Below are positions 1 to 8,879 of a stretch of DNA of 64,000 nucleotides, piece after piece. How positions within the stretch are numbered: position 1 is the stretch's first letter; each line of letters opens with the position of its first letter. The notes beneath the pieces were generated by a model. That model had not been told where the DNA came from and ran no database searches. It saw only the letters and a list, made by a program, of their open reading frames with translations. Position numbers and translations under genes: made by a program. Source of the stretch: a virus; the IMG/VR virus record IMGVR_UViG_3300049137_000157, positions 96,001 to 160,000 of that record; one strand, written 5' to 3'.

Positions 1-789
1 GCCGACATCCCGATCCTCCCGATCATGACGAAGTACCGGAACGACCCGCGTGAGGGTCAGCTCCCGGGCTACAAGAACGAGAGGGGACTCGCCTTCCGTA
101 AGGCGGCCGAGGTCCTCGCCGAGGGCGAGACCATGACCATGGCCAACATGGAGGAGATCCACCTCCGCGCCAAGGGCACCGTCGTGATGGCCCAGCTCAA
201 CATCTACCAGAAGTCGAACCCGATCGCCCAGCAGGTCTGGGAGAACAACAAGCCGATCATGGTGCGTCTGGACCCGGCCGTGGGCGGACCGCTGCGGGTC
301 TTCAAGAACGAGGCCACCGGCCAGTACATCAAGGTCGGCACCGCCGAGGTCGTCGAGGAGCTGAACGATCTGGACGAGACGGCCGAGCGGGTTCTGCTTT
401 ACCCGCTGGGCGACGGCGAGTTCGCCATCCTCGACGACGGCCCGGCGGCCGGTCGCCTCACCAAGATGGTCAAGCCCTGGACCGACACTCTGATGCCGGG
501 CGGACAGCCGGTGCCGTTCCTCCCGGTCCCCGAGCGGGACATCCAGGTCGAGACCCTGGACGGCACCATGATGGCGGGTGAGATCACCTGGGACACGATC
601 GGCAACATCTGCCCGACCCTCGCCCCGGGTGCCTCGGTCGACGTGCTCCTCCAGAACGGCCGCACCGTCCAGGCGATCTACATGAAGTCGCACTGGGTCG
701 AGATGGCGACCGAAGGCACCCCCTCGGTCCCCGCTCAGCGGCAGGAGGCTCCGGCCCGTGAGGAGCAGGTGACCGGCCAGGCCGCCTGA
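1..789 (+). CDS. 5'-truncated hypothetical protein
   Basis: Frame is open from base 1 (ADIPILPIM...); strong GC3 codon bias; followed by a terminator hairpin. No family recognised. Confidence 0.7.
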   Translation, partial: ADIPILPIMTKYRNDPREGQLPGYKNERGLAFRKAAEVLAEGETMTMANMEEIHLRAKGTVVMAQLNIYQKSNPIAQQVWENNKPIMVRLDPAVGGPLRVFKNEATGQYIKVGTAEVVEELNDLDETAERVLLYPLGDGEFAILDDGPAAGRLTKMVKPWTDTLMPGGQPVPFLPVPERDIQVETLDGTMMAGEITWDTIGNICPTLAPGASVDVLLQNGRTVQAIYMKSHWVEMATEGTPSVPAQRQEAPAREEQVTGQAA

Positions 790-832
790 TCCCGCGCCGG
801 TAACGGTACGAAGGCCCCGGCCTTCACACGGC

Positions 833-870
833 AAGCCCCTCGGTCCTCCCTGTGGAGGCCGGGGGGCTTG
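833..870 (+). terminator. Intrinsic terminator
   Basis: caagcccc...ggggcttg stem followed by ttcgttttc, just after the stop at 789. Confidence 0.7.
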
Positions 871-1135
871 TTCGTTTTCGCTGATAACCCAATACAAGGA
901 AACTCAAAAGAAATTGACGAGCAACTCGAATAACTGAATGCGAGGAAACCTCGTTTCTTCTCCTTCCGTGTCCTTGCTTTTCCTCGGGAAGTTGCTGACT
1001 GAAGCGATACATCTGGCGGCGAAATAGCGTCGGGCGGATACGATCAGTTTTCAGTCCGTGAAATCGGGTGGGATCTCCCGTGACCTCCGCCCCTTCGCGC
1101 TCCCGGGAAACGTCGCAAGCACGAGGAGAAGCACA

Positions 1136-3403
1136 TTGAGTTTCGTCTTCTTCGATACTCTCTTCCCGCCGGTCTCCGAAGACGGAAAAGACCTGGGATT
1201 CGTTGCTGTCTCCCTCTACCCCGGCGGAACCTTCAACAACGAAGAGGGCCCCACCCAGACGCACTTCTTCGCGTGGCCCAGCCAGAGGGACGACCTCGTC
1301 GCCTTCTGTCTGCACAACACAGAGAAGGACATCTACACCGTCCCGGCGCTGTTCGGCACCCGCAGCAGCCGCAAGGCCGCCAACATCGTCCACCAGTGGG
1401 CCGCCTACGCCGACGCCGACGACCTCGACCTGACCAAGGTGAAGACCGAGCCCACCATGGTCGTCGAGACCAGCGAGGGGCGGCACCACCTGTACTGGGT
1501 GACCAACGTCGACGACCCCACCCGCCTGGTGGCGATATCCCGGGGCATCGCCGAGGTGCACAAGGCAGACGGCTGCGACCCCGGGGGCTGGGACGCAGGC
1601 CAACTCCTGCGAGTCCCGGGCACATCCAACAACAAGCGTCAGCGCTGGCAGATACCCCAGCCCAAGATGGGCCCGACGTACGACGTCGACGCGCTCGCCA
1701 AGATCTACCCGCCCTTCGAGAAGAGCGAGCGGCCGGTCGAAGGCGATGCGATGCCGCCCAAGACGACCTGGTACTACACGGCCCAGTCGATCCGCGAAAG
1801 CGCCGAGGCGTTCCGATCGTCGCCGGAGATCTACGAGCTGTACGCCCAGGACCTGCGCCCCGACCAGGACCGCTCCCGAATGCTGTGGAAGCTCCTCAGC
1901 CTGCTCTCCCGGCTGAGCGTCTCCCGGCTCACCGCGATGCACATCGCCTGGGACGCCAAGTGCAACAAGTACAAGATCGAGGGTCGCCCGGAAGAACACC
2001 TCTGGAACCAGCTCTGCAAGGCGTACCAGGACCCCGAGAACCAGCCGATCAAAAGCTCGTTCGCCAACCCGGAATTCCGGAGCGCCGTCGACAAGAGCGA
2101 CGAGAACCCGGAGAACAAGCTCCTCGCATTCGCCGAGTCGGTGGCCATTCTGAATCCGGAGGAGCGCGACCGGGTTCCCGAGGACACGTTCATCGACCGG
2201 TATGCGAGCTGGGCCTCCACTCGGACCGACGCGCCTGAGATCTACCACCGGGCCATGGCCGCCATGATTCTCTCGGCGATCTTCGGTGAATTCGGAAAGT
2301 GTCCCACGAAGTTCGAGACCAACCTGACGCTCTGGTTCTTCATTCTCGGCCCGACCACCCGGGCAAGGAAGACCACCGCGATGATGCTGGGCATCGACCT
2401 CATCGACGATTTGATGAACGACATGTTCCAGTACCTGCTCGGGTCGGACGTCACCTCCGAGGCCCTGTCCGCAATCCTTCCCCAGCGCAACGGCCGCACC
2501 TCGGTCTTCTACAGGGATGAAGCCCACGGGCTGTTGTTCGAACAGTCCCAGAAGCGCTACCTCGCGGGCGTCCGTGAGCACATGACCGAGCTGTTCTCCG
2601 GCCGCGTCCGCACCTCGCTCCGCGTCTCGAACCTGAAGGAGGTCGAGGAGCGGGACATGACGGTGATCCGTACGAACTTCATCATGTACCTGTGCGGAAC
2701 CCTCGACCAGGTGGCCGCCAACCTCACGCTGGAGGACTACCAGTCCGGCCACCTCGCGCGGTTCCTGATCGCCGAGGCCGACCCGCCGCCCATCACTCGC
2801 GAGGGCATGTACACCAGCCAGTTCGACGGTCAGACCCTTGAGGAGGACGCCGTCCGGCAGGGTCTGATCAACGACATGGCGGCGGCCCGCACCTTCTGGC
2901 TCCAGGTGACCGCCCCCGGCGACCCCGTCATCATCCCGTTCGCCCCCGACGCCTGGGACCGCCTCCAGGACGCGAAGTACGTGCTCTACAAGACGGCCGA
3001 GGACCACGAGCTGCGCGAGGTTCTGCTGCCCACCACGGCCCGCATGGGTGACTCCATGATGAAGCTGGCCGTCCTGATCGCCATGGGCGAGCGCGAGAAG
3101 GTGGTGAAGCTGCGTCACCTCTTCAAGGCCGCCGAGCTGGCCGAGGAGTGGTACCGGTGCACGGTGAAGGTCGCGGGCAAGATCCTGCACTCGGAGTGGG
3201 CGGCCCGGCAGAACGAGATCCTGACGGCGATCCAGACTCGGCGGGACGGACTGACCGAGCAGGACATCTACTCCAGGTTCCGGTCCAAGGCACAGGAGAA
3301 GGACATCGAGTCCGATCTCCGTGTGCTCTGCAAGGCCAAGCTGATCCACCGGACCGAGGAACGCGGGCGGGTGCGCTACATCCCCCTGAGCCGAGCTGCC
3401 TGA
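1136..3403 (+). CDS. Primase (RepB/AEP-like) fused to P-loop helicase (DUF3987-like)
   Basis: YADAD and GRHHLYW primase-type motifs; Walker A-like GPTTRARKTT and Walker B-like FYRDE. Start moved to TTG 1136 after a GAGGAG RBS. Confidence 0.75.
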   Translation: MSFVFFDTLFPPVSEDGKDLGFVAVSLYPGGTFNNEEGPTQTHFFAWPSQRDDLVAFCLHNTEKDIYTVPALFGTRSSRKAANIVHQWAAYADADDLDLTKVKTEPTMVVETSEGRHHLYWVTNVDDPTRLVAISRGIAEVHKADGCDPGGWDAGQLLRVPGTSNNKRQRWQIPQPKMGPTYDVDALAKIYPPFEKSERPVEGDAMPPKTTWYYTAQSIRESAEAFRSSPEIYELYAQDLRPDQDRSRMLWKLLSLLSRLSVSRLTAMHIAWDAKCNKYKIEGRPEEHLWNQLCKAYQDPENQPIKSSFANPEFRSAVDKSDENPENKLLAFAESVAILNPEERDRVPEDTFIDRYASWASTRTDAPEIYHRAMAAMILSAIFGEFGKCPTKFETNLTLWFFILGPTTRARKTTAMMLGIDLIDDLMNDMFQYLLGSDVTSEALSAILPQRNGRTSVFYRDEAHGLLFEQSQKRYLAGVREHMTELFSGRVRTSLRVSNLKEVEERDMTVIRTNFIMYLCGTLDQVAANLTLEDYQSGHLARFLIAEADPPPITREGMYTSQFDGQTLEEDAVRQGLINDMAAARTFWLQVTAPGDPVIIPFAPDAWDRLQDAKYVLYKTAEDHELREVLLPTTARMGDSMMKLAVLIAMGEREKVVKLRHLFKAAELAEEWYRCTVKVAGKILHSEWAARQNEILTAIQTRRDGLTEQDIYSRFRSKAQEKDIESDLRVLCKAKLIHRTEERGRVRYIPLSRAA

Positions 3404-3423
3404 CCACCTGAAAGGTCCCCCGA

Positions 3424-4395
3424 ATGCCCCGGGTGTACAAACCCACCGGGCGTCCCGTGGGGCGGCCGACCGGGGACCGCTCAGGATCACCTCTCGAACG
3501 GGTGGAGAGGGCCAAGACACTCCTCCCGAACCTGAGGCACTTCCCGCACCTCGTGCGGGCGGTGGATCGCGCCCTCGCCTACCCCAACCTGACCGTCCTG
3601 CGGAGCCCGTACCCGAGCAATCCCGTCGACGTGGACGTGATGCACGTCTACAGCCCTGCCGAGCGGGGGCAGATCCTCGCGTTCGTGTGGTGGGCCTACG
3701 TGAACCGGAAGTGGTGGGCCAAGCGCCGCAGGCTCGCCGCGATCACTCTGCTGTCACCGCTGATGTTGTTCTCGTCGACCTTCTTCGAGGAGATGACGGG
3801 GATCCCGTTCAAGAACGCCTCGAAGTGGATGACGCGGCCGGAGGGGATGAGCGTCAGCCGGGTCACGGGGTCCGTCGACATGCGGTCCGTGCACCTAGCC
3901 TTGGAGGCCGCTACGCGGGGGGACGAGGAGTTCCGGCTCTTCGCTTCCGAGATGCATTCCAAGGGCTTCCCGAAGGCCGCTGTGTCCCGCCTGACGGGTG
4001 TCCCGCCGAAGGGCCTGCTGGATCCGCACGAGGGTATCCAGTTCACGCCCGTGTGGCCGGACCTCCACACCTTCTCGGTGTCCTCCCGGGAGACGTACCT
4101 GTACTGGCTCCGGGACGCCAGTGAGCTGGAGAAGAACCTGATGCCCGTGGTGTACGGGCAGGAGTGGGTTCGAGACGTACTCCCAGAAACGGGCCTGATT
4201 CGTACCGTTTTTACGGCAACTCCCGTTCCAAGAAACGGTGAGGATTGGTACCATTTTTGTATCCCAGGACTGCCAAAACCGCACCGCGCGAAGCGGCTCG
4301 GCCCGCGCTACTTCGAGAACATCCTCGCCTGGGAGACCAAGTACCTCCTGCCTGGACTGATGCCTACACGCGACGACACCGGGACTGACACATGA
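3424..4395 (+). CDS. Hypothetical protein, possible HTH segment
   Basis: 323 aa ORF between primase and polymerase, overlapping the pol start by 4 bp; KGFPKAAVSRLTGVP is HTH-like. Confidence 0.65.
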   Translation: MPRVYKPTGRPVGRPTGDRSGSPLERVERAKTLLPNLRHFPHLVRAVDRALAYPNLTVLRSPYPSNPVDVDVMHVYSPAERGQILAFVWWAYVNRKWWAKRRRLAAITLLSPLMLFSSTFFEEMTGIPFKNASKWMTRPEGMSVSRVTGSVDMRSVHLALEAATRGDEEFRLFASEMHSKGFPKAAVSRLTGVPPKGLLDPHEGIQFTPVWPDLHTFSVSSRETYLYWLRDASELEKNLMPVVYGQEWVRDVLPETGLIRTVFTATPVPRNGEDWYHFCIPGLPKPHRAKRLGPRYFENILAWETKYLLPGLMPTRDDTGTDT

Positions 4396-6416
4396 CGACA
4401 GTTGGCTTCGACATTGAGACGGGATCCGTCGACGACCTCTACATGCTCGACCCGAGGAGCCCCGAGTACGACTACGTACGTCTCGTCGGCTGGGTCGTGG
4501 GAGACGGCGACGTCCAGATCTCCACGAACCCTCAGGACCTCATCGACGTCCTCAACGCCGCCGACATCATCTACGGCCACGGCATTCTGAACTTCGACCT
4601 CCAGGCCCTGTGCCGCTACCACGGAGCCGACTACTGGAAGCTCGCCGCCAAGTGCATCGACACCCTTGTCGTCGAGCGCACCATCAACCCGCCCTACCCG
4701 AAGGCCAAGCCCGGTATCCCGCTCAACCTCCAGGCCATGCGCAGGCGCGGCATCACCCCGGCCGACCTCCGCATCCCCTACAGCCTGGACGAAACCGCCG
4801 CGCGTTACGGCGTCGCGGGCAAGACGGACAACATCAAGGAACTCGCGGCCAAGCACGGAGGCTTCCACCTCATCCCGCAGGACGACCCGGAGTACCGGGC
4901 CTACCTGAAGGGTGACGTCATCTCCTCCAGGGCGCTCTACCGGGCCACCGGACAGGCTGCGGCCAAGGCGGGCCTCATATCTGTGGTGCGTCGCGAGATC
5001 CGGATCGCCGCCATCCAGAACGGCATGCGGATCAAGGGCCTGGGCGTCGACCGGGCCGAGGTCGAGCACCAGATCGAACTCGCCGAGAAGCAGCGTCAGG
5101 ACGCCTACCACGTACTGCACGAGAAGGCAGGCGTCCCTCTCCCCGGCCAGGAGATCGTCTGGTACGAGGAGAAGGAGAAACCGATCCCGCGCACCACGCC
5201 CTACGGCAAGCGGGTCCGGCACCTGTGGCACGTCCTTCACCCGAACGACCCCTGTCCCGACCTGCGCACCGTCCGGGTGAAGAAGACCAAGCGGATCGAC
5301 AAGTCCCCGCTGTCCACCAACGAGGGACGCAACGCCTTCGAGAAGGCCCTGAAAGCTGCCGGGGTCAAGGACACGGACATCCCGTTCACCCTGCCCACCA
5401 AGTCCAACCCCGGGGGCAAGCTCGCCCTGTCCAAGGATGCCCTCGGCACCGGCCGCTGGGTGCGCGGCAAGGAAGCGGTCCCGGGCCTCCAGGCGAAGTA
5501 CCCCGACAACCCGGCGGTGAAGGAGTTGTGCGAGGCGGCCATCCTGGCCACGTCCACCTCCGGCAAGGCCGAGGAGGTCATGAAGTGGCTCAGCCCCGAC
5601 GGCCGGGTCCACTCCCAGATCGGCGACATCCAGGCGTCCGGCAGGTGGGCCCACATCAAGGCGTCCATCACCAACATCGGGAAGCGGGGGAAGGCCCAGA
5701 AGATGCAGCGCCGGATGTTCCGCTCCCGGCGTGGGTTCGTCTTCATCTGCATCGACCTCGACCAGGTCGACGCGCGCGCCGTCGCCGGATGGTGCCAGGA
5801 CCCGGAGTACCGGAAGATGGCCCTCCCTGGCATGGACATGCACTATGAGACCGCGAAGCGAGTCTTCGGGGTCGGGTCCTGCAACGACTGCCGCAACTGC
5901 GCGGAGTGTTCCGAGCGGCGCAGCAAGGCGAAGGCGAACACCCACTCCTGGAACTACGGACAGGGCGTCAAGGGGTTGGCTGCTTCGACGGGTCTTCCGC
6001 TGGAAGTCTGCGAGACGTTCGACAAGGGGATGAAGAGGTCTTTCCCGGTGCTGTGTGCCTGGAAAGACAAGGTCCGCAGGTACGCGGAACGCACCGGAGT
6101 GGTGCCCAGCAAGTGGGGTCGCCCGCTGCGCGTCATCCCCGGCCAGGAGTACACACAGGCCCCGGCGCAGATCGGCCAGTCGACCACGCGAGACCTGCTG
6201 TGCGACGGACTGATCCGACTCCAGGACGAACACCCGGAAGTTCTGGAATGCTTGGTCCTGGTGATTCACGACGAAATCGTCCTGGAGGTCCCGGAAAACC
6301 TCGCCGACGAGTACGGAGAAAAGGCGATGGCCGCCCTGACGACCTCCTTCGAAGGAGTGCCGATCACATGTGGAAGGTCGCCCGCAGCAAGCGTCTGGGC
6401 GGAGTGTTACGACTGA
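4392..6416 (+). CDS. DNA polymerase, family A, with N-terminal 3'-5' exonuclease
   Basis: ExoI FDIET, ExoII GHGILNFD, ExoIII YLKGD; motif A DLDQVDAR, motif B RSKAKANTHSWNYG, motif C VIHDEI. Confidence 0.93.
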   Translation: MTTVGFDIETGSVDDLYMLDPRSPEYDYVRLVGWVVGDGDVQISTNPQDLIDVLNAADIIYGHGILNFDLQALCRYHGADYWKLAAKCIDTLVVERTINPPYPKAKPGIPLNLQAMRRRGITPADLRIPYSLDETAARYGVAGKTDNIKELAAKHGGFHLIPQDDPEYRAYLKGDVISSRALYRATGQAAAKAGLISVVRREIRIAAIQNGMRIKGLGVDRAEVEHQIELAEKQRQDAYHVLHEKAGVPLPGQEIVWYEEKEKPIPRTTPYGKRVRHLWHVLHPNDPCPDLRTVRVKKTKRIDKSPLSTNEGRNAFEKALKAAGVKDTDIPFTLPTKSNPGGKLALSKDALGTGRWVRGKEAVPGLQAKYPDNPAVKELCEAAILATSTSGKAEEVMKWLSPDGRVHSQIGDIQASGRWAHIKASITNIGKRGKAQKMQRRMFRSRRGFVFICIDLDQVDARAVAGWCQDPEYRKMALPGMDMHYETAKRVFGVGSCNDCRNCAECSERRSKAKANTHSWNYGQGVKGLAASTGLPLEVCETFDKGMKRSFPVLCAWKDKVRRYAERTGVVPSKWGRPLRVIPGQEYTQAPAQIGQSTTRDLLCDGLIRLQDEHPEVLECLVLVIHDEIVLEVPENLADEYGEKAMAALTTSFEGVPITCGRSPAASVWAECYD

Positions 6417-6469
6417 CCGGAGGCCGGAAACACAACGAACTCCGGACCCTGTTCGACAGGCTCGACCTG

Positions 6470-6790
6470 ATGAACCGCCGGTACTCCCTGGGGGTGGCGC
6501 TGAAGGAACCGCCCAACCCCTGGGGCACCGAGGAGGCGATGATGGTTCTGCGGGTCAACGTCTCACGGATCCGCAAGGCCGTTGACCTGCTCGACTATGA
6601 GGTCAACGGCCCCGAGTTGCGGACTCTCGCTCAGATCCTGAACGACGCGGTCGAGGATGCGGTGCTCTGCCGGATGCGCATCCCCGACCCGGGGGGCCGC
6701 TCGCCCGATGTCGTCGCGCGGAATCTCCGCTACGACGTCGCGGTGCTCTCCTCCCACGGCCGGGTCCGGGCGGAGGACCTCCTGTCGTAG
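6470..6790 (+). CDS. Hypothetical protein
   Basis: C-terminal part of the 5906..6790 frame has coding-like bias after the pol stop; start uncertain. Confidence 0.5.
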   Translation: MNRRYSLGVALKEPPNPWGTEEAMMVLRVNVSRIRKAVDLLDYEVNGPELRTLAQILNDAVEDAVLCRMRIPDPGGRSPDVVARNLRYDVAVLSSHGRVRAEDLLS

Positions 6791-6795
6791 AGGTG

Positions 6796-6840
6796 GCCGA
6801 TCTGCTTCTCCAGAGCGCCGACCTGGAGAAGTAGATCGGC
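6796..6840. terminator. Long hairpin, probable terminator
   Basis: gccgatctgcttctccag ... ctggagaagtagatcggc, 18-bp stem with one wobble. Confidence 0.7.
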
Positions 6841-6904
6841 CATCATGCGGTTCGCACGTCGGTTCCGCCAGAGAGAAAGAAGGGAGGAAATCACGGAAAA
6901 CTCC

Positions 6905-6910
6905 TAGAAT
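6905..6910 (+). promoter_or_regulatory. -10 element of a probable leaderless transcript
   Basis: TAGAAT sits 6 nt before ATG 6917; no SD. Confidence 0.55.
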
Positions 6911-6916
6911 TACCCT

Positions 6917-7447
6917 ATGAACTCACCTTACTTCCTCAACGCGATGGACCCCGGTGGAGACACGGGGATGATCCTTCTTTCTGTGCAGCCGGAGCGGTTC
7001 GAACTGATCGAAGCGGCCACCGTCGAGTTCCGCCCCGACAAGGGTGTGCATCCCGTCGACACACTGGTCCGCTGGCAGCGTGAACATCCCGGTGACCATC
7101 GTCTCGTCTACGAGAGCTTCCACGTCACCAATCAGGCCGGGGCAGCAGGCATCGACCTGACGGCCCTGAAGGTGCTGGAGGGCCTCCAGGAAGCCCTGAA
7201 GACGCGCACCCTCACGTATTCCTCGGTGACGGTCCAGCAGCCCACCCAGCGCAAGCTCCAGGGCACTGACGACAACTTGGAGAAGACGGGTCTGCACTTC
7301 GGGCACAAGCATGCGCAGCGCCACGTCCGTGACGCCGCCCGGCATGCCGTCACTCACCTCGTCCGCCGCAGCTACCGGCCGCTGTGCGAACTGATCGCCC
7401 CTAGGAGCCAGGCGTCCCGCCCGGCGGGTGGAGCTTGTTCCAGGTAA
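6917..7447 (+). CDS. RuvC-like Holliday junction resolvase
   Basis: N-terminal MDPGGDTG, central YESF and C-terminal HVRDAARH fit the RNase H-fold acidic residue pattern; located at the end of the replication module. Confidence 0.7.
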   Translation: MNSPYFLNAMDPGGDTGMILLSVQPERFELIEAATVEFRPDKGVHPVDTLVRWQREHPGDHRLVYESFHVTNQAGAAGIDLTALKVLEGLQEALKTRTLTYSSVTVQQPTQRKLQGTDDNLEKTGLHFGHKHAQRHVRDAARHAVTHLVRRSYRPLCELIAPRSQASRPAGGACSR

Positions 7448-7895
7448 CCCAGTCCACGACCTTGATCGTGGCGATGTCCACCCAGTCCGACAGGACCGGC
7501 TGCTCGCCGAACCAGAAGAACGGATAATTCGGATAGCCGCTCTCCGTCTGGACGCCCGCGATGGACACCGTGGCGGTGTGGTTGGCCAGGGCGTTGGTGC
7601 CTGAGTCGGTCCACAGCAGCAGTTCGGCGGGCCAGGGCGCGGTGAAGAACCGGGGCATGTAGTCAGGATCCTGGCAGGGAATCTCGATGACCGTCCCGCT
7701 CGGTGCGTAGTCCGACACCGGTCGCAAGTACTCCCCGCCGGGACCTGTGATCTCGCACATCAACTGCTGAGCTGCCACGGAGTCCCAGGTCACCCTGACG
7801 ACGACCCCCGAGAACGACCCGACGCTGGGCATGGGGATCGAATCCACCGTCAGGGTGGTCCGTTCCGAATTGGGCGGTATGACGACCTCGATCAT
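7401..7895 (-). CDS. Hypothetical protein, last gene of tail operon
   Basis: 164 aa beta-rich ORF translationally coupled to 7892..8077. Confidence 0.6.
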   Translation of the reverse strand: MIEVVIPPNSERTTLTVDSIPMPSVGSFSGVVVRVTWDSVAAQQLMCEITGPGGEYLRPVSDYAPSGTVIEIPCQDPDYMPRFFTAPWPAELLLWTDSGTNALANHTATVSIAGVQTESGYPNYPFFWFGEQPVLSDWVDIATIKVVDWVTWNKLHPPGGTPGS

Positions 7896-8077
7896 CGGGC
7901 GATCTCCTCGTTGGCCTGGGTCTCCCTGAAGTGGTTGCGTGCCTGCTCGACCTGCGCCTCAAGGATGGCAACGCGATGCAGGGCGTCGGAGAGCTGCCGT
8001 CGGTAAGACTCGATCACGGCGTCCGACGAGACGGCGCTGAAGGGGGCGCTCAGGGTGGAGATGTCCAAGGTGTTCAC
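7892..8077 (-). CDS. Small coiled-coil protein
   Basis: 61 aa, heptad-like LSDALHRVAILEAQVEQ; 4-bp overlap with next gene. Confidence 0.55.
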   Translation of the reverse strand: MNTLDISTLSAPFSAVSSDAVIESYRRQLSDALHRVAILEAQVEQARNHFRETQANEEIAR

Positions 8078-8099
8078 CTTCGGCTGTACAGGATTTCTG

Positions 8100-8867
8100 T
8101 CACTGGTGGATCGCGGCCAGGGATCGCGAGATTTCGGGAATCATTCGCCGTTCCTTCGCGATCATGTCGAGTTGGTACGCGTAGAGCGATGCTCCCGATT
8201 CCCTGAGAGCGTAGCCTGCGTGACGGTCGGCGAGGAGGGAGATGTCTTCGGACCTTTTGGTGAGGTCTACATGAATTTTCCCCAGGACGTCGTTCTTCGT
8301 GACGGATACTTCAGCGTGAAAATTCCTTAGCCGGTCCACACGCTTCCCTCGTCGCTCTTTGAACTTCGACGACAGGCCGGAAAGATCTGCACTCGTCCGC
8401 AGATTCATCATCCCGGCGGGCACCGCAGCCGATCGGAGAAAGTCGCGGGAATTCTGCATGAGCACCTCGCCGGGGGTTGCCGAACTGGCGAGAGAGAACT
8501 CGGAAATGTCCCGCAAGGCTACGGTCTGTTGCGAGAGAGTCTCGAAGGAGTCTTTCGCGTAGTCGTGGGCCGTCTGGAAGTAGTCGGCCACCAGTTCCTG
8601 CCAGGTCAGGTCCTCGTCGGGGATCTCGTCACCATTGGCCTCCTTGATGATGTGGTCCAGGGAGTCCTTTTCGGTGGCCAGGCCGAGCAGTTCCATTCGG
8701 TGGGCCAAGGCGTCGAAAGGGACGACATGTCCGTGGGACTTGGCTGTCGGATCCCCTCGGAAGGGATACTGAAGAAGAAGATTTGGAGGACCGGGGTCTT
8801 CACTGAGCAGCAGCTTGGGTGGAGTCTTGATCCAGTATTCCTGGATTTCGATTGTCTTTTTTGCCAC
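8100..8867 (-). CDS. Hypothetical tail-region protein
   Basis: 255 aa ORF directly after the large minor tail gene. Confidence 0.6.
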   Translation of the reverse strand: MAKKTIEIQEYWIKTPPKLLLSEDPGPPNLLLQYPFRGDPTAKSHGHVVPFDALAHRMELLGLATEKDSLDHIIKEANGDEIPDEDLTWQELVADYFQTAHDYAKDSFETLSQQTVALRDISEFSLASSATPGEVLMQNSRDFLRSAAVPAGMMNLRTSADLSGLSSKFKERRGKRVDRLRNFHAEVSVTKNDVLGKIHVDLTKRSEDISLLADRHAGYALRESGASLYAYQLDMIAKERRMIPEISRSLAAIHQ

Positions 8868-8879
8868 TTGAACACGCTT

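Noticed and set aside
4190-4270. AT-richer patch inside the 323-aa gene as an origin or internal promoter
   Set aside because: No repeats or clear -35/-10 pair; the frame stays open.
824-6269. Long antisense ORFs 824..3520 and 4308..6269 (likewise 13015..14691, 37547..38938, 59950..61800)
   Set aside because: They mirror well-supported genes on the other strand; stop-poor antisense frames are expected in high-GC3 DNA and carry no motifs or RBS.
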